A stretch of DNA of 64,000 bases, from positions 2,728,001-2,792,000 of the forward strand of contig OZ237735.1 of assembly GCA_965178125.1 (NCBI GenBank), given 5' to 3'. Positions 63,195 through 64,000 of the stretch are shown piece by piece. The DNA comes from Bilabrum cf. latius. Taxonomy: Eukaryota. Under the pieces are notes generated by a model. The model worked only from the letters and a program-made list of their open reading frames with translations. It was not told the origin of the DNA and ran no database searches. The number at the start of each line of letters is the position of its first letter. The first letter of the stretch is position 1. The position numbers were made by a program, and so were the translations under genes.

Positions 63195-64000
63195 TCGTGC
63201 GACTGGGTCACGTTGTCCACGTACATGCGGCTGTACCCCCTGGATGCAACAGGGGCAGGGGCCTCCCACGCCTGCTTCCTCCGGGCCAGCTCCTCCTCCT
63301 CCACCTCCAGCTCAAGCTTGCCCGCCTCCACGTCCAGAGAAATCGTGTCACCGTCCCGCACCAGGGCGAGGGGCCCGCCCACCGCCGACTCGGGCGACAC
63401 GTGCAGCACCACCGTCCCGTAGGCCGTGCCCGACATGCGCCCGTCGCTGATGCGCACCATGTCAGTGATCCCCTTGCGCAGCAGCTTGGGCGGCAGGGCC
63501 ATGTTCCCCACCTCCGGCATGCCCGGGTACCCCACCGGCCCCGCCCCCTGCAGCACCAGCACGCTGTTCTCGTCCACGTCCAGGTCCTCGTCAGAGATCC
63601 TAGCTTCGAAGTCTTCCTTGCTGGAGAACACGACGGCCCTGCCGCGGTGTTTCATGAGCGAGGGGGATGCCGCGGCTGGCTTGATGATGGCCCCGTTGGG
63701 AGCCAGGTTCCCCTTCAGAACGGTTATGCCGGCGCTGCCCGACCCAAGCAGGGGGTCGCTCGCGGGTCGGATCACGTCGTCGTCATAGCACTCAGCCTCC
63801 GCCACGCTCTCCCCCATCCGCTGCCCTGATACCGTCAGTGCCTCTGGGTCGGGCAGCGCGCCCGCCTCGTGGATCCGCCTGAGCACTGCAGGCAGGCCCC
63901 CGGCATAGAAGAACTCCTCCATGAGGTGCTCCCCCGCGGGCTGCAGGTTGGCCAGCAGAGGCACCTGCCGGCCCACCCTGTCGAAGTCGTCCAGCGACAG
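63131..64000 (-). CDS. IlvD/EDD-family dehydratase, sugar-acid (L-arabinonate/D-xylonate type), 3' part
   Basis: Motifs MEEFFYAGGLPAVL, LKGNLAPNGAIIKP, GPVGYPGMPE, MVRISDGRMSGTAYGTVVLHVSPE and the C-terminal GCDLGFL..VPRESH. The 5' part lies beyond the window. Confidence 0.88.
   Translation of the reverse strand: MSLDDFDRVGRQVPLLANLQPAGEHLMEEFFYAGGLPAVLRRIHEAGALPDPEALTVSGQRMGESVAEAECYDDDVIRPASDPLLGSGSAGITVLKGNLAPNGAIIKPAAASPSLMKHRGRAVVFSSKEDFEARISDEDLDVDENSVLVLQGAGPVGYPGMPEVGNMALPPKLLRKGITDMVRISDGRMSGTAYGTVVLHVSPESAVGGPLALVRDGDTISLDVEAGKLELEVEEEELARRKQAWEAPAPVASRGYSRMYVDNVTQSHEGCDLGFLHGASGHDVPRESH

Noticed and set aside
1-64000. Mass pseudogenisation, RIP-like C-to-T mutation or sequencing error as the source of internal stops
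   Set aside because: These would also create TAA from CAA, TGA from CGA, and frameshifts. Only TAG occurs, frames stay intact for up to 13.8 kb, and essential genes are affected.
54845-64000. Entner-Doudoroff gene cluster (G6PD-hexokinase plus IlvD/EDD dehydratase)
   Set aside because: Four unrelated genes intervene, and the dehydratase resembles the non-phosphorylated sugar-acid subfamily rather than 6-phosphogluconate dehydratase.

Overview
GC-rich, gene-dense nuclear DNA of a eukaryote with few, short GT-AG introns. Its style recalls a heterotrophic protist such as a bicosoecid-like stramenopile, but that taxonomy is only a guess. The key result is that the window does not use the standard genetic code. 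Most genes are broken in the ORF track by in-frame TAG codons and never by in-frame TAA or TGA, and the TAGs fall on conserved Gln positions and inside CAG poly-Gln runs. TAG therefore most likely encodes Gln, while TAA and TGA remain stops. Read this way, the fragments join into about 19 genes plus a partial duplicate: GON4L-like (partial), a 2984-aa low-complexity protein, two ankyrin proteins, an orphan, a 4613-aa FG-GAP/REJ/GPS polycystin-like receptor, SAPS, ERCC6/CSB-like helicase, TRM11, SEC11, an RRM protein, a four-GYF protein, ADP-ribosylglycohydrolase, an EF-hand protein, a G6PD-hexokinase fusion, a DHHC palmitoyltransferase, SF3A2, PSF3 and an IlvD/EDD-family sugar-acid dehydratase (partial). 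Fifteen consecutive genes alternate strand strictly. All product calls come from manual translation and remembered motifs, not database searches.
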